In this document: positions 20,734-30,575 of the stretch, piece after piece
Numbering within the stretch: position 1 is the first letter of the stretch
How the letters are laid out: every line of letters begins with the position of its first letter
From: an uncultured cyanobacterium
GTDB taxonomy: Bacteria > Cyanobacteriota > Cyanobacteriia > PCC-9006 > JAAUQQ01
DNA length: 64,000 nt
Assembly: GCA_963718615.1 (NCBI GenBank)
Contig: OY970368.1
Coordinates: 3,648,001-3,712,000 of the forward strand
Direction: 5' to 3'
Made by a program: the position numbers and the translations under genes
Notes under the pieces: generated by a model
What the model was told of the DNA's origin: nothing
What the model saw: the letters and a program-made list of their open reading frames with translations, nothing else
Database searches by the model: none

Positions 20734-20907
20734 ATGTCAAGTGAAAAGAAGCTGTCCTTGAGCATGGAGCAGGAATTTAGCCTGCGCAAATATCAAGCCC
20801 AAGTAAAGGGGGTAAGCCGCGAAGAATTAGAGGATTTATTCATCGAAATTGTCCGTCAAAAGATGGCCCAGGAAAACCTGTTTCGAGACATGATGCGTAG
20901 CGCCTAG
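20734..20907 (+). CDS. nblA: Phycobilisome degradation adaptor NblA (57 aa, below ORF-track cutoff)
   Basis: MSSEKKLSLSMEQEFSLRKYQAQVKGVSREELEDLFIEIVRQKMAQENLFRDMMRSA; strong GGAGG ribosome-binding site. Confidence 0.88.
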   Translation: MSSEKKLSLSMEQEFSLRKYQAQVKGVSREELEDLFIEIVRQKMAQENLFRDMMRSA

Positions 20908-21006
20908 ACATACAAAGTTGTATTGGCGAATACTATCGAATCGTTAAGTTTCTTTGGATTGAGTTTGTTGGAATTGAATTTCTTTGTCTGTTAAGCAAGT
21001 TTTTGT

Positions 21007-21030
21007 AGCCTCCCTCAGGAGGCTTTTTTC
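21007..21030 (+). terminator. Intrinsic terminator after nblA
   Basis: AGCCTCC-CTCA-GGAGGCT-TTTTT. Confidence 0.8.
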
Positions 21031-21223
21031 TTGAGGAGCGCAAGGATCCCAGGGAAGGGTTCAAAAATCAAACCAGACGAGAACCGCTGATGGTTACCAT
21101 CAGCGGCAATCAAGCCCTTAGGAACGAGAATTAATTCAGATTGAATGGCAGGGGCGTGCACTCCCCCCCAAAGCAGGATCTATGATGCACCTCAATTGGC
21201 TTGAGGTTCTTAAACTCTCTTTC

Positions 21224-21763
21224 CTAAGCAACTCGGCGCTCCAGATATTGGCCAATCATCTGCTCTTCTCCAGCCCGCGAAATGATCGTCTGGCGTGTCC
21301 GATAATCCCGGTTTACGAGCTTAATCTCTTCCTCAAACAAAGAGTTATCGTATTCTGTCCGTAAAACCATGGTACGCGGATTCGGAAAATCGTACTGAGC
21401 CGTAACCGGTTGGGGGGTGGCAAAACCGCGATCGCGATACAACACCTGCCCCTGCACACCAAACACCGTAGAGCCGTTGACCGTCTTCTGGCTAGGACCT
21501 GCGTAATGACTGTCCCAGGTAATACTCACACCAAAGGGAAGCGCCTGATTGACGGGCAATCCATGGGCACTAGATAGGGCCTGAAGCTCTGGGGTATCGG
21601 CATCCAAAAATCGAATGGTGAGGTCACTGACAACCTCCTGAATCACTCCATTTTTGAGCGTGTAGTAGCGACGCTCCGAGCGCCACTGCCCCACAGAATC
21701 CCGAAAAAACTGAATCGCTTGGTCTTCTACGCTGGGATTGGCGATCGCTAAAGATGGCTTCAT
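21224..21763 (-). CDS. CpcS/CpeS-family phycobiliprotein lyase (CpcV-like)
   Basis: FF..S.GQWRSERRYY, YRDRGF, LRTEY, FEEEI, RTRQT. Confidence 0.8.
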   Translation of the reverse strand: MKPSLAIANPSVEDQAIQFFRDSVGQWRSERRYYTLKNGVIQEVVSDLTIRFLDADTPELQALSSAHGLPVNQALPFGVSITWDSHYAGPSQKTVNGSTVFGVQGQVLYRDRGFATPQPVTAQYDFPNPRTMVLRTEYDNSLFEEEIKLVNRDYRTRQTIISRAGEEQMIGQYLERRVA

Positions 21764-22091
21764 AGAGGCAAGTCAAGGCTAAAGATAGTTCAATGCAAAG
21801 AGCGTGCGCGATCGCAAGCTTTCGCAAGGATTCTTCTTTCTAATGTAACACCGCTTAACAAAACTGCTGTGTCAAACCCTACAAAATCTACCTGGGGTGG
21901 GAGACCCAGGGCTACAAAAATTAAGGGTAAAGCACCTGAAATACCAGCATCGTAGTCCTGGTCCTAGGCTATGGGTTTTTCTTTAGGGAGTTAGTACCTA
22001 TCGCGTGAACATGATAGTCTTGGCTAGATATGCGGCTTCAAGTTCCGGACTAAAAGCGCTTAGTAATGTAGGTTTTGATCTCCCAGAAGCC

Positions 22092-22850
22092 ATGTCTCCC
22101 GCAAAATTACGAGTTGCCCAACTCTCAAAAGTCTTTGATTATCGAACTAAACGATTAACCGTTCTGGAATCGATTGATCTCAATTTATACCCGAATGAAT
22201 TCGTATGTTTAGTGGGACCTTCCGGTTGTGGAAAATCGACCCTGCTAAACATTATTGCAGGGCTAGTTTTGCCTTCTGGGGGTGAGGTTTGGGTCGATGA
22301 GCATACGGTTTCAGGTCCTGGTGCAGACCGAGGCATGGTATTTCAAAGCTACTCCTTATTTCCCTGGTTGACGGTTGCTAAAAATATTGATTTTGGCCTA
22401 AAGTTACAACGCCTTTCAAAAGCAGAGCGGCGAGAACGAATTGCTTACTATTTAGATGTTGTGGGTTTAAGCCACTTTGCGGATGCTTACCCAAAACAAT
22501 TGTCCGGTGGCATGAAGCAGCGGGCGGCGATCGCCCGCGCCCTAGCCAATGAACCGGAAGTGTTACTGATGGATGAACCTTTTGGAGCCTTGGATGCCCA
22601 AACCAAAGAGCAAATGCAGCAGTTTATGCAAGCCATTTGGGAGCGCACCCAGATGAGTATCTTGATGGTCACCCACGATATTGAAGAGGCTATTTTTTTG
22701 TCTCATCGGGTCTATGTAATGGATACCCATCCCGGTCGAATTAAGCAAGAGATCTCAATTCCCCTCCCTGAACATCGGGAACTCGCACTCAAATCCGAGA
22801 TCTCTTTTATGCAAATTAAACGACAAATTACACAATTGATTTCCCATTAA
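22092..22850 (+). CDS. NitT/TauT-family ABC transporter ATP-binding protein
   Basis: GPSGCGKST, LSGGMKQR, LLMDEPFGALD, VTHD. Confidence 0.92.
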   Translation: MSPAKLRVAQLSKVFDYRTKRLTVLESIDLNLYPNEFVCLVGPSGCGKSTLLNIIAGLVLPSGGEVWVDEHTVSGPGADRGMVFQSYSLFPWLTVAKNIDFGLKLQRLSKAERRERIAYYLDVVGLSHFADAYPKQLSGGMKQRAAIARALANEPEVLLMDEPFGALDAQTKEQMQQFMQAIWERTQMSILMVTHDIEEAIFLSHRVYVMDTHPGRIKQEISIPLPEHRELALKSEISFMQIKRQITQLISH

Positions 22851-22876
22851 CGCTCCGGTCTCTCTTTCTTAGCCCC

Positions 22877-23734
22877 ATGAAAACCGACGTTGTCTCTCCC
22901 CCTGCTTTATCCCCTTCCACCGCTGTTCAACACCGTCGGTTGCGAACCTCCACCTTCTGGAGCATTCGTCGAGGGATTCCGCTCTGGCTCAAGATTCTCA
23001 TGCCCTTGATTGGTGCAGGCATTCCCCTGCTTCTGTGGTCAATTCTGAGCTATAGCAGTTCCGTTTCACCGATTTTTTTACCTGCTCCTACACAGGTTCT
23101 ACAAACCGGCTGGACGTTGCTAACGGAAGGGGAATTACTGACTGATATTTTGGCCAGTATGAGCCGCGTTTTGCTCGGTTTTTTGGCCGCAGCCCTAGTT
23201 GGAATTCCCATGGGAATTTTGATGGGTACCTTTCACAGTATGGAAGGTTTATTTAGCCCGATTGTTGGGGCCGTTCGCTATATGCCGGTAGCGGCTTTTG
23301 TACCGCTAGTTGTGATTTGGGTGGGACTTGGAGAACCGGCGAAGATTGCGATCGTCTTTATGGGAATTGTGTTGTATAACGCTATCATGGTGGCAGACGC
23401 AGTCAAGTTTATTCCCGATGAGATTCTCAATGCAGCCTATACTCTAGGGGCAAACCGACGCGTGCTACTGTTTAAGGTGATTTTACCAGCGGCACTTCCC
23501 AGTATCTTAGACACCCTGCGGGTTAATATTGCAGGGGCCTGGAATTTTTTAGTCTTAGCTGAACTCATTGCCGCTCAGACAGGCTTAGGCTTTCGGATTA
23601 TTCAATCTCAGCGCTATCTGCAAACCGATAAAGTTTTATTTTGCATTGCAACGATTGGCCTGATTGGAATATTAACCGATCTTCTGTTGAAACAGCTTTC
23701 ACGGCTTATTACGCCTTGGTCTGATTCTCGCTAG
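22877..23734 (+). CDS. NitT/TauT-family ABC transporter permease
   Basis: FLPAPTQV, AAYTLGA (EAA-like), AELIAAQTGLG. Confidence 0.9.
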   Translation: MKTDVVSPPALSPSTAVQHRRLRTSTFWSIRRGIPLWLKILMPLIGAGIPLLLWSILSYSSSVSPIFLPAPTQVLQTGWTLLTEGELLTDILASMSRVLLGFLAAALVGIPMGILMGTFHSMEGLFSPIVGAVRYMPVAAFVPLVVIWVGLGEPAKIAIVFMGIVLYNAIMVADAVKFIPDEILNAAYTLGANRRVLLFKVILPAALPSILDTLRVNIAGAWNFLVLAELIAAQTGLGFRIIQSQRYLQTDKVLFCIATIGLIGILTDLLLKQLSRLITPWSDSR

Positions 23735-23974
23735 GATAAATGCTGATCGGCACAGTCTGAATACAGACATATAAAGCTTAGGGACAAAACCTCATACAAA
23801 AAACTTTAAATTAGATTGGCTTCAGTGGCATTTCTATTGTAGAATTCAACCCAATTCACTGCACCTAAAATCCGAGAGCCCCTGAATAATTCAGTGCGAA
23901 ACACAGGTTGAGATTCTGAGCGAATCCTTCTCCTTTTCTTTCTCTCGGCTCGATCAACTCAGGACATTTTCAAT

Positions 23975-25003
23975 ATGCGTAGAAGAACCGTTATTCAGTC
24001 TTCAGCTCTACTGGCCCTGGGCACCTTATCTGCTTTTGGCCTAAGTAGTTGTCAAAATGCCTCCACGTCCCAATCAGGCAATCCATCAAAGTCTACCGCG
24101 ACATCCCAGAAACCTTTACAGGTGGCATTAGTTCCTTGGATTGGCTGGGGTCAGGCTCAGATCGCCCAAGTCAAAGGCTTTTTTGAAACTGAAGGTATTG
24201 CTGTAGAACAAACCGTTTTTCAAACGGTGAGCGAGGTCAATACCGCCTTTGTCGCCAAGAAAATGGATCTCGCTTGGTTGGTTGCAGCAGATCTGATTGT
24301 GCTGTCTGCACAGGCTCAGAATCTCAAATTCATTTGGACCTCAGACTATTCAGGGGATGTGGATAGTGTGGTGGGTCGTCCGATTGCCGGAGCGGAAGAG
24401 GCCAAAACTCGAAAATTTGCGCGGGAAGATGTTCCCTATGAAATTGTATTTCTAGGGAAGTACCTAGAATCATTGGGCTTAACGGAAAAGGATGTACAAA
24501 TCTTACCGTTGAGCACGCCCGATGGGACAACCGCTCTGATTGCGGGTAATGTTGATGCTGTGGCAACCTATGAGCCTTTTTTAAGCAATGCTCTTAAGGA
24601 AAATCCAGAGACTCAGGTCTTGTTTTCTCCTAAAGGAACCAACATTATTGTCAATGGTTTGGCTGGACATGGCGATCTGCTAAAAGAGCGTCGAGAGGAT
24701 GTTCTCGCCTATCTGCGGGCACTGAACCGGGCGGTCGAATTTTGGAAGACGAACCCCGAAGAAGCTAATGAAATTGTAGCAAAGTGGGTCGGGATTACGT
24801 CTCAAGAGGTCGCAGCATTGCTGCCGAAGATTGATCTGTTTGACCTGAAGGCTAATCAATCGATCGCCTTTGGGGCGAATAGTCCTTTGAAGGTAGCCAA
24901 GAGTATTGATGTGGCTGCACCGATTCTTGTGGGTGCGGGAAAGATTAGTCAAGCCGCTGCGGGCGATCGCTTTGTCGATCCCTCATTTGTCCAAGCGCTT
25001 TAG
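23975..25003 (+). CDS. ABC transporter substrate-binding lipoprotein (SsuA/THI5-like)
   Basis: MRRR N-terminus, lipobox LSSC, WIGW, DAVATYEPF. Confidence 0.85.
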   Translation: MRRRTVIQSSALLALGTLSAFGLSSCQNASTSQSGNPSKSTATSQKPLQVALVPWIGWGQAQIAQVKGFFETEGIAVEQTVFQTVSEVNTAFVAKKMDLAWLVAADLIVLSAQAQNLKFIWTSDYSGDVDSVVGRPIAGAEEAKTRKFAREDVPYEIVFLGKYLESLGLTEKDVQILPLSTPDGTTALIAGNVDAVATYEPFLSNALKENPETQVLFSPKGTNIIVNGLAGHGDLLKERREDVLAYLRALNRAVEFWKTNPEEANEIVAKWVGITSQEVAALLPKIDLFDLKANQSIAFGANSPLKVAKSIDVAAPILVGAGKISQAAAGDRFVDPSFVQAL

Positions 25004-28000
25004 GCCATCCCTTGCTGCATCAGTTTGCAAAATAAGTTAAGCTGCACCATCTGATCTAGGGTGGTGCAGTGCGCCGTGGCGATCGCCGGACTCGCCACCA
25101 CGATGGCTAAACACTGTGCCCGCGAAACCGCAACATTGAGTCGATTGCGATTGAGCAGAAATTCAATTCCACGGGGAGCATCTTCGGTGCGACTGGCGGT
25201 CATGGAAACAATTACAACTGGCGCTTCTTGTCCTTGAAACTTATCAACCGTGCCGATGCGAGCAGACTCTCCCAGTCGATCTTGAAGTTTACGAACCTGC
25301 AAATTGTAAGGAGCAACAATCAAAATATCTTGGGGGGTAAGGCGACCTTGAAGCTGACCGCGATCGCTAACATAAGGAATCCCCAATAGTTGCTGAACCA
25401 GGGCTGCAATAACTTCAACCTCTTCAAGACTGACCTGGGTATTGTCCTCATGGGGCACCGGCAGAAACGCCAGCCCCCGAGACCGATTTAAACGCCAATT
25501 GTGACCCTGAAGTTGTGAAAAATGGAGACCATGATGCTGGGTTTCGGGATGATGGTCCAGTCGATTTTCGTAAACCGATCCTGAAATAAAGCGACAAATT
25601 TGAGGCTCCATGCGATAGCTAAGGCCTAGAAAAATGCCCAGATCGGGCGGAATCGTCGCTTTGTCTCGCAGCCAATACCCCAACGCCGAGCCACCGCTTT
25701 CGCCGGGATGGCTTCCTTGGATTGGTTGTTCGAGCTGCATCGGGTCACCAATCAAAACTAGATTGTCTGCACAACGGGCCATGGCAATTAAATTTGCCAA
25801 CGCAACCTGTCCAGCTTCATCTACAAATAAATAATCAAATTGGGCGATCGCATCGGTTCGACAAAGCTGAAAAACCGTAGCACCCACGAGGCCATAATTA
25901 GGCGGTAAGGCTTCGCTGATTTTAGCTTTGAATTCAATTCCGGTATAGCGATCGCCCGTCTGCCGTTCCCCACCAACTTTAGCAATTTTACAACTGGATT
26001 TTGTCTCCGTCTGGAAATAGCGTTGAACGCGAACTAACAAATTGAGAATCACATCATGACTATTGGCTGAAATCGCCACCGATTTGCCCTGCTGAATCAG
26101 GTTCAAAATGATATGAGCAGCGGTGAATGTTTTGCCACTGCCGGGGGGGCCTTGAATACATAACGTACTGCGATCGAGCTGGGCGATCGCCCGCAAGCTT
26201 CCCGTCAATAAATCCTCCCCATCGACCAAGATAGGTCCTCCTCGATGGTGGTGAATGCGGGGCGATCGCCGCTCTAAAAAATCAGCCAAGGCAGGCTGAA
26301 GCTGTCCTGTGGCTTGCCACTGCTGAACCGTTTCTAGGATAGCTTCGGCAATATAATTTGTCGGAATTACGGTAACATCTAGCACGCTCAATCGTGCCGG
26401 TGGCTCCCAGTTTGGGGACTGTTCACGCACGGTCTTCAGCTTTGTATCACTCAGGGTTAGAATCGCTCGACCTCTAACTGTGTCTAGCTCAGCCAGGGTA
26501 CAGTCCTTGAGTAATTCTGTATTGGGGGTAAACCAACAGGCTGTTTTGTCCCGGAGCCGGGTTTCTTGGTCAGGATTAAATTGATACTCGTAGGCCCAGG
26601 AGCGGCTACGAGGGGTGGGGCGAAAGGGAGGGGTTGCTGTTCGCTCTAGCCCTGCCAAACAATCGAGTTCCTCATACAACTCATCTTCGTCTTGGGTGAG
26701 CCAGGTAAACCGCTGCCACCAAAAAGGCTTGGCCTCGCGACGGTGGAATTGGAGTAAATGGGCTAATAAAGCTTGAGTGGATTGACTGAGTTGAGTTTGG
26801 GACTTTTCTAGAGGTATTTTAGGCTCGATTTCAGCTTCTGACGAGTGCAACAATTCTAATGCTAGCTGGGCTGCGGGTGTAGGAGTCTTCGAGTTTTCAA
26901 GATTTGAATTTTCAAGGGTGGCTTGTGTTTCAGTCTCTCGATTGGGACAATAGCGAATGCCGGACTGGGATTGGAGCGATCGCAACCAATCTGCTAAGGC
27001 TTGAGTTGAATCACAATCATCCCGATTGTAATCTCGAATTTCCCGCAGAATGTTGGAATCTTCCGGCGTTTCTCCCGCTTCTCCCCGTTGCCATCGCCAT
27101 TGCCATTGAAAATATTGAACCACTGAAGCCTGGGCATTTTTCACCTCACCGCCACGGGCATGCCAGTAAAGATGCTCCAAGTTCTTAATGGAATAGGACG
27201 GTTCACCCACACACAATCCCTGGCGAACAACGCGATACAAATCCACAAAAACCTCCGCGCGTAGCAGCGCATCGAGCTCCTCCTCACGGGTGCCATAACG
27301 CCCCATCAAGCGTTTTAGCGCGGTAATTTCATAGGGCGCATAGTGGTAGACATGCATCATCGGATTCTGTTGTCGACGCATCCAAATCCAATCGATAAAT
27401 CCTTCAAAAGCTTGCCGTTCCGCAGCAGCATGATGGGCCCACCAATCCCGAAACTGTCGTTGCCCCTGCTCATCCATAAAAGTCACACCCCAAAGATATT
27501 CCAGCCCTGCTCCCCCCTCCGCCAAGGGATAACCTTCCAAATCAAAAAACACATCCCCAGGGCTGGGTGGGGGTAAGAGCGCAAGACCACTACGGGGTTG
27601 ATCGGCAGGAGGATAGAGGATTTCATAGGGGGGGCGATCGCCTGCTCGGTTCCGCTGCAGCCGCGCTTGACGCACCAATTTTTCATAGGTGGGACGAGCC
27701 AGCTTAGGGATCTTTTGAATTGAATCCGCAACTGCCAGATCTTGGACTGTTCGAATGCCTGCGGCTTCCAATCGCTTGATTTGAGTTTGGGTAATCTGGG
27801 CCACTTGACTCAAATGGTCTAACGCCAGCAATCGCTCCCGTGCCGCCTCTGCCCAAATCCCATGATCACCCAGTTGTGGAACCGGCGGTTGCTGATGATC
27901 AAATTTCGACATCATGGCCAAAAAGGCCTGTTTCACCTGACGATAATAGTGAAAATAATCGTCTGTTCGAAAGCATTGCCGTTCGCCCGTTCCTAAAACC

Positions 28001-28497
28001 AGTTCAAACTCAGCCGGACGAACCTCTTGAATCCGTTCTAGCAAATCACAATAGGCACAGGATTGTAGGACAAAATAGGGCTTCGGATGTAGCGCCAACT
28101 TGCACTCCAGAGGCAGGTAGTGCCAACTGCCCCATCGCGATCGCCCCTCCACCCGCACGAGAAAATCGGCATAGCCTAACCAATTTTGGTGGGCGATCGC
28201 CCCCTGATAAATCAGCGGTTTTCCCGCCGCCATCGCCGCTAACGTGGCCTGAAACCCACCTCGACTATCAATTTCATAAATCTCTGCTCCGACTCGCCGC
28301 AGGGATTCCACATAGGAGCGTTCGTGGTCTTCCCCCAACTGTTGGAGGATCCGCATCATCTCATCCGGTGCCGGTTTCGGAAGGGCCATTTCCGGATATT
28401 CAAGGGCGTAGCGCTCCATCCAGATCGCAAATTCGCTTTGGACGAACTGAATCAAGTCACGGGGAGAATAGAGAAGTTGGCGATCGCGTTTCTGCAT
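25000..28497 (-). CDS. TM0106-family RecB-like nuclease / RNase H-like / Upf1-like SF1 helicase fusion
   Basis: ADFL...LECK (PD-(D/E)xK), FFDLEG, YSIKNLE, YNRDDC, QGPPGSGKT, DEAGQ, TVDKFQGQE, RLNVAVSRA. Confidence 0.88.
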   Translation of the reverse strand: MQKRDRQLLYSPRDLIQFVQSEFAIWMERYALEYPEMALPKPAPDEMMRILQQLGEDHERSYVESLRRVGAEIYEIDSRGGFQATLAAMAAGKPLIYQGAIAHQNWLGYADFLVRVEGRSRWGSWHYLPLECKLALHPKPYFVLQSCAYCDLLERIQEVRPAEFELVLGTGERQCFRTDDYFHYYRQVKQAFLAMMSKFDHQQPPVPQLGDHGIWAEAARERLLALDHLSQVAQITQTQIKRLEAAGIRTVQDLAVADSIQKIPKLARPTYEKLVRQARLQRNRAGDRPPYEILYPPADQPRSGLALLPPPSPGDVFFDLEGYPLAEGGAGLEYLWGVTFMDEQGQRQFRDWWAHHAAAERQAFEGFIDWIWMRRQQNPMMHVYHYAPYEITALKRLMGRYGTREEELDALLRAEVFVDLYRVVRQGLCVGEPSYSIKNLEHLYWHARGGEVKNAQASVVQYFQWQWRWQRGEAGETPEDSNILREIRDYNRDDCDSTQALADWLRSLQSQSGIRYCPNRETETQATLENSNLENSKTPTPAAQLALELLHSSEAEIEPKIPLEKSQTQLSQSTQALLAHLLQFHRREAKPFWWQRFTWLTQDEDELYEELDCLAGLERTATPPFRPTPRSRSWAYEYQFNPDQETRLRDKTACWFTPNTELLKDCTLAELDTVRGRAILTLSDTKLKTVREQSPNWEPPARLSVLDVTVIPTNYIAEAILETVQQWQATGQLQPALADFLERRSPRIHHHRGGPILVDGEDLLTGSLRAIAQLDRSTLCIQGPPGSGKTFTAAHIILNLIQQGKSVAISANSHDVILNLLVRVQRYFQTETKSSCKIAKVGGERQTGDRYTGIEFKAKISEALPPNYGLVGATVFQLCRTDAIAQFDYLFVDEAGQVALANLIAMARCADNLVLIGDPMQLEQPIQGSHPGESGGSALGYWLRDKATIPPDLGIFLGLSYRMEPQICRFISGSVYENRLDHHPETQHHGLHFSQLQGHNWRLNRSRGLAFLPVPHEDNTQVSLEEVEVIAALVQQLLGIPYVSDRGQLQGRLTPQDILIVAPYNLQVRKLQDRLGESARIGTVDKFQGQEAPVVIVSMTASRTEDAPRGIEFLLNRNRLNVAVSRAQCLAIVVASPAIATAHCTTLDQMVQLNLFCKLMQQGMA

Positions 28498-28560
28498 GGG
28501 CAACCAGAACCGAATAATACCCTTGTTCTATATACGCTTATTCTGTATTGTTCCACAACC

Positions 28561-28857
28561 CTAAACCCCTTGCGAGTTCAACCGAGACGAAAACCCCTCC
28601 CAACTCAGCCCCTCCTCCAACACTTGGGGATTGTGGGGTTGGTAGGGGCCTTGGAGACGGGCGATCGCCAAAATCTCCGCAGCATCCGGCAACACAGGCA
28701 CATCCGGGTCAAACTGAGTCGATCGCATCAGCGAACTCGAAAACCCCCGATAGACCATCACCTGATCCAATTCCCCCTCCACCACCGCATCGACCAATAA
28801 AACCTCTTGGGGATGCTTCAGCGTGTACTGCTCTAGTTGGAGTCCTCGGTTTTTCAT
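28561..28857 (-). CDS. Conserved cyanobacterial/plastid hypothetical protein
   Basis: LEQYTLKHPQEVL, YRGFSSSLM, DPDVPVLP, GPY. Confidence 0.75.
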   Translation of the reverse strand: MKNRGLQLEQYTLKHPQEVLLVDAVVEGELDQVMVYRGFSSSLMRSTQFDPDVPVLPDAAEILAIARLQGPYQPHNPQVLEEGLSWEGFSSRLNSQGV

Positions 28858-28907
28858 CCTACCCCTCTATGGCATTTCCCCAGTCGCTCACCTCTAGTCG
28901 CTCACCT

Positions 28908-29513
28908 CTAGTAGCTCGCCGCCGAGCGCCCATGGCGACCAAGCCGGACCAAGACAAAATAGGCAAAGTACAACACATAAAGCACTAGCCCCACAATTCC
29001 CACAAATCCTAGAAATCCCGGTGTGGCTCCCCCATGGAACATCTGCTTAAAGCCCCAAGGGGGATCCAGCCAGAGTTTGCAGAGGGGTTGGCTATTGAGT
29101 AATGCTGCTTTATCCACAAAGGCACAGCGCAGGAAGACAAGGCTAAAGACCGTTCCGAGCCCACAGTAGAACGTCACTGCCCAACGCCAGGTATTGAGCG
29201 CTACCCGTAGGGGCCGCCAAGCCCGCATATCGGCAATATCTTCATTCAGGTCTGCCCAGAACCAAAGGGCAACCGGAATCAACAGCCGCGCGATCGTCGC
29301 CGAAATAAAGCTAATCGGTAATGCTGCGATCATCAAGTACACCGTAATCGCCAGCAAACTCGACACCCGCCAGTAAATCACCATCAGCCGTTGAATCGCT
29401 TCAAATCGTTGGACAAACGCCCAGATTGACAGAATCAGCGGAATCAGAACCGTGAAGAGCAAGGCTAGCCGGTAATCTAGCCAAACCAGGGGGCGAAGAA
29501 ACGCTTCAGTCAT
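28908..29513 (-). CDS. DUF3177-family membrane protein
   Basis: LVWLDYRLA, YWRVSSLLAIT, WFWADLNE. Confidence 0.85.
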   Translation of the reverse strand: MTEAFLRPLVWLDYRLALLFTVLIPLILSIWAFVQRFEAIQRLMVIYWRVSSLLAITVYLMIAALPISFISATIARLLIPVALWFWADLNEDIADMRAWRPLRVALNTWRWAVTFYCGLGTVFSLVFLRCAFVDKAALLNSQPLCKLWLDPPWGFKQMFHGGATPGFLGFVGIVGLVLYVLYFAYFVLVRLGRHGRSAASY

Positions 29514-29758
29514 AGGACCTGCTGAGGAGAAAACAAAAAGGGACAGGAACCCTGCCGTCGCATATTGTACGCCCTTGCCGCAGGCTGTCCACAGTTATCC
29601 CAGCCCTTAAAAATCAAACAACGAAAATTAGACAAAGAAAATTAGACAAAGAAAATCGGACCTCTAGAGAAGGTCCGACGCTCTGATACTGAATCCCTAA
29701 GAGAGCTAGGTTCAACGCATTCAATTCAACGCATCAGGTTCAACCCATGCCGCCGATA

Positions 29759-29980
29759 TTAGTCTTCATAAACGCGGCATTCGACCGCTTCAGGATTCTC
29801 TTCACAATAGCGCTGGAAAGAGGTTTGCTCGGGTTCCTGTTTTTGGTGGGAAGCTTCAGCTTGCAGCTCTTCTACCGCATCCCAGGCAGCGGCACACTCG
29901 GGGGAGTTAGCACCGTTGACATCACAGGCCTGACGCGCTTGGTCACGTTCCTTTTCGATTTCTTTCTGGAGGTCGGTCAT
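29759..29980 (-). CDS. cp12: Calvin cycle regulator CP12
   Basis: AC...ECAAAWDAVEELQAEASHQ, YCEENPEAVECRVYED. Confidence 0.95.
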   Translation of the reverse strand: MTDLQKEIEKERDQARQACDVNGANSPECAAAWDAVEELQAEASHQKQEPEQTSFQRYCEENPEAVECRVYED

Positions 29981-30575
29981 AATTTTGTCCACCTAAATGA
30001 ACTTCTAAGACAATACATCGTTACCGTTTCGGGCGTTACCCCGATATTAGCAGTCCCATAGGTCAGAGCTCCTATCTTCTACCGGAAGTGAAATATTTCC
30101 GGTAACAACGGGACTCCCTAGAAAACTATACCGGAGCAGCGTTTAGCGATCATGAACCCCTTGAAGACCATACCAATGACCTACGGCAGGTATTGTAGCC
30201 TGGTTCACCATTTTCGGGTGATCAACCGCGTATAGGCTTGCCTGGGGCAGAGCTGTCGCTGGTTCTGGAGCACCTTGCCAATCAAGGCATCATCTGGGGT
30301 TCAGTCTCTTTTGAAGAGGATTCCCTCTCCGCATCAAAACTAGCACAGTCCTCCAATTACGCGGGGGTAACCCGTTGCGATCGCAGAGGCGATCGCCTCT
30401 AGGATCGAGGGGTTTGTCGAGGCTGTCGTGAACTGTGGGACGTAATCGTGGGAAACTGATTTCCTACAACAGCGTTCTGATTGGGTTGCGCTCCGCTCCC
30501 GGTCGTTTGGCCGTGGGGCTTCTGAAGCTTCCACAAGCCACGGTACAAAGATCTAGCAGTTAGGTTCAAGACGCG

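Noticed and set aside
21840-22000. Riboswitch or NtcA box upstream of the ABC operon
   Set aside because: No guanidine/TPP/cobalamin consensus recognised; only imperfect GTN-N8-TAN matches
27840-28988. Plus-strand ORFs 27840..28517, 28324..28800 and 28548..28988
   Set aside because: Antisense to well-supported minus-strand genes, with no recognisable motifs
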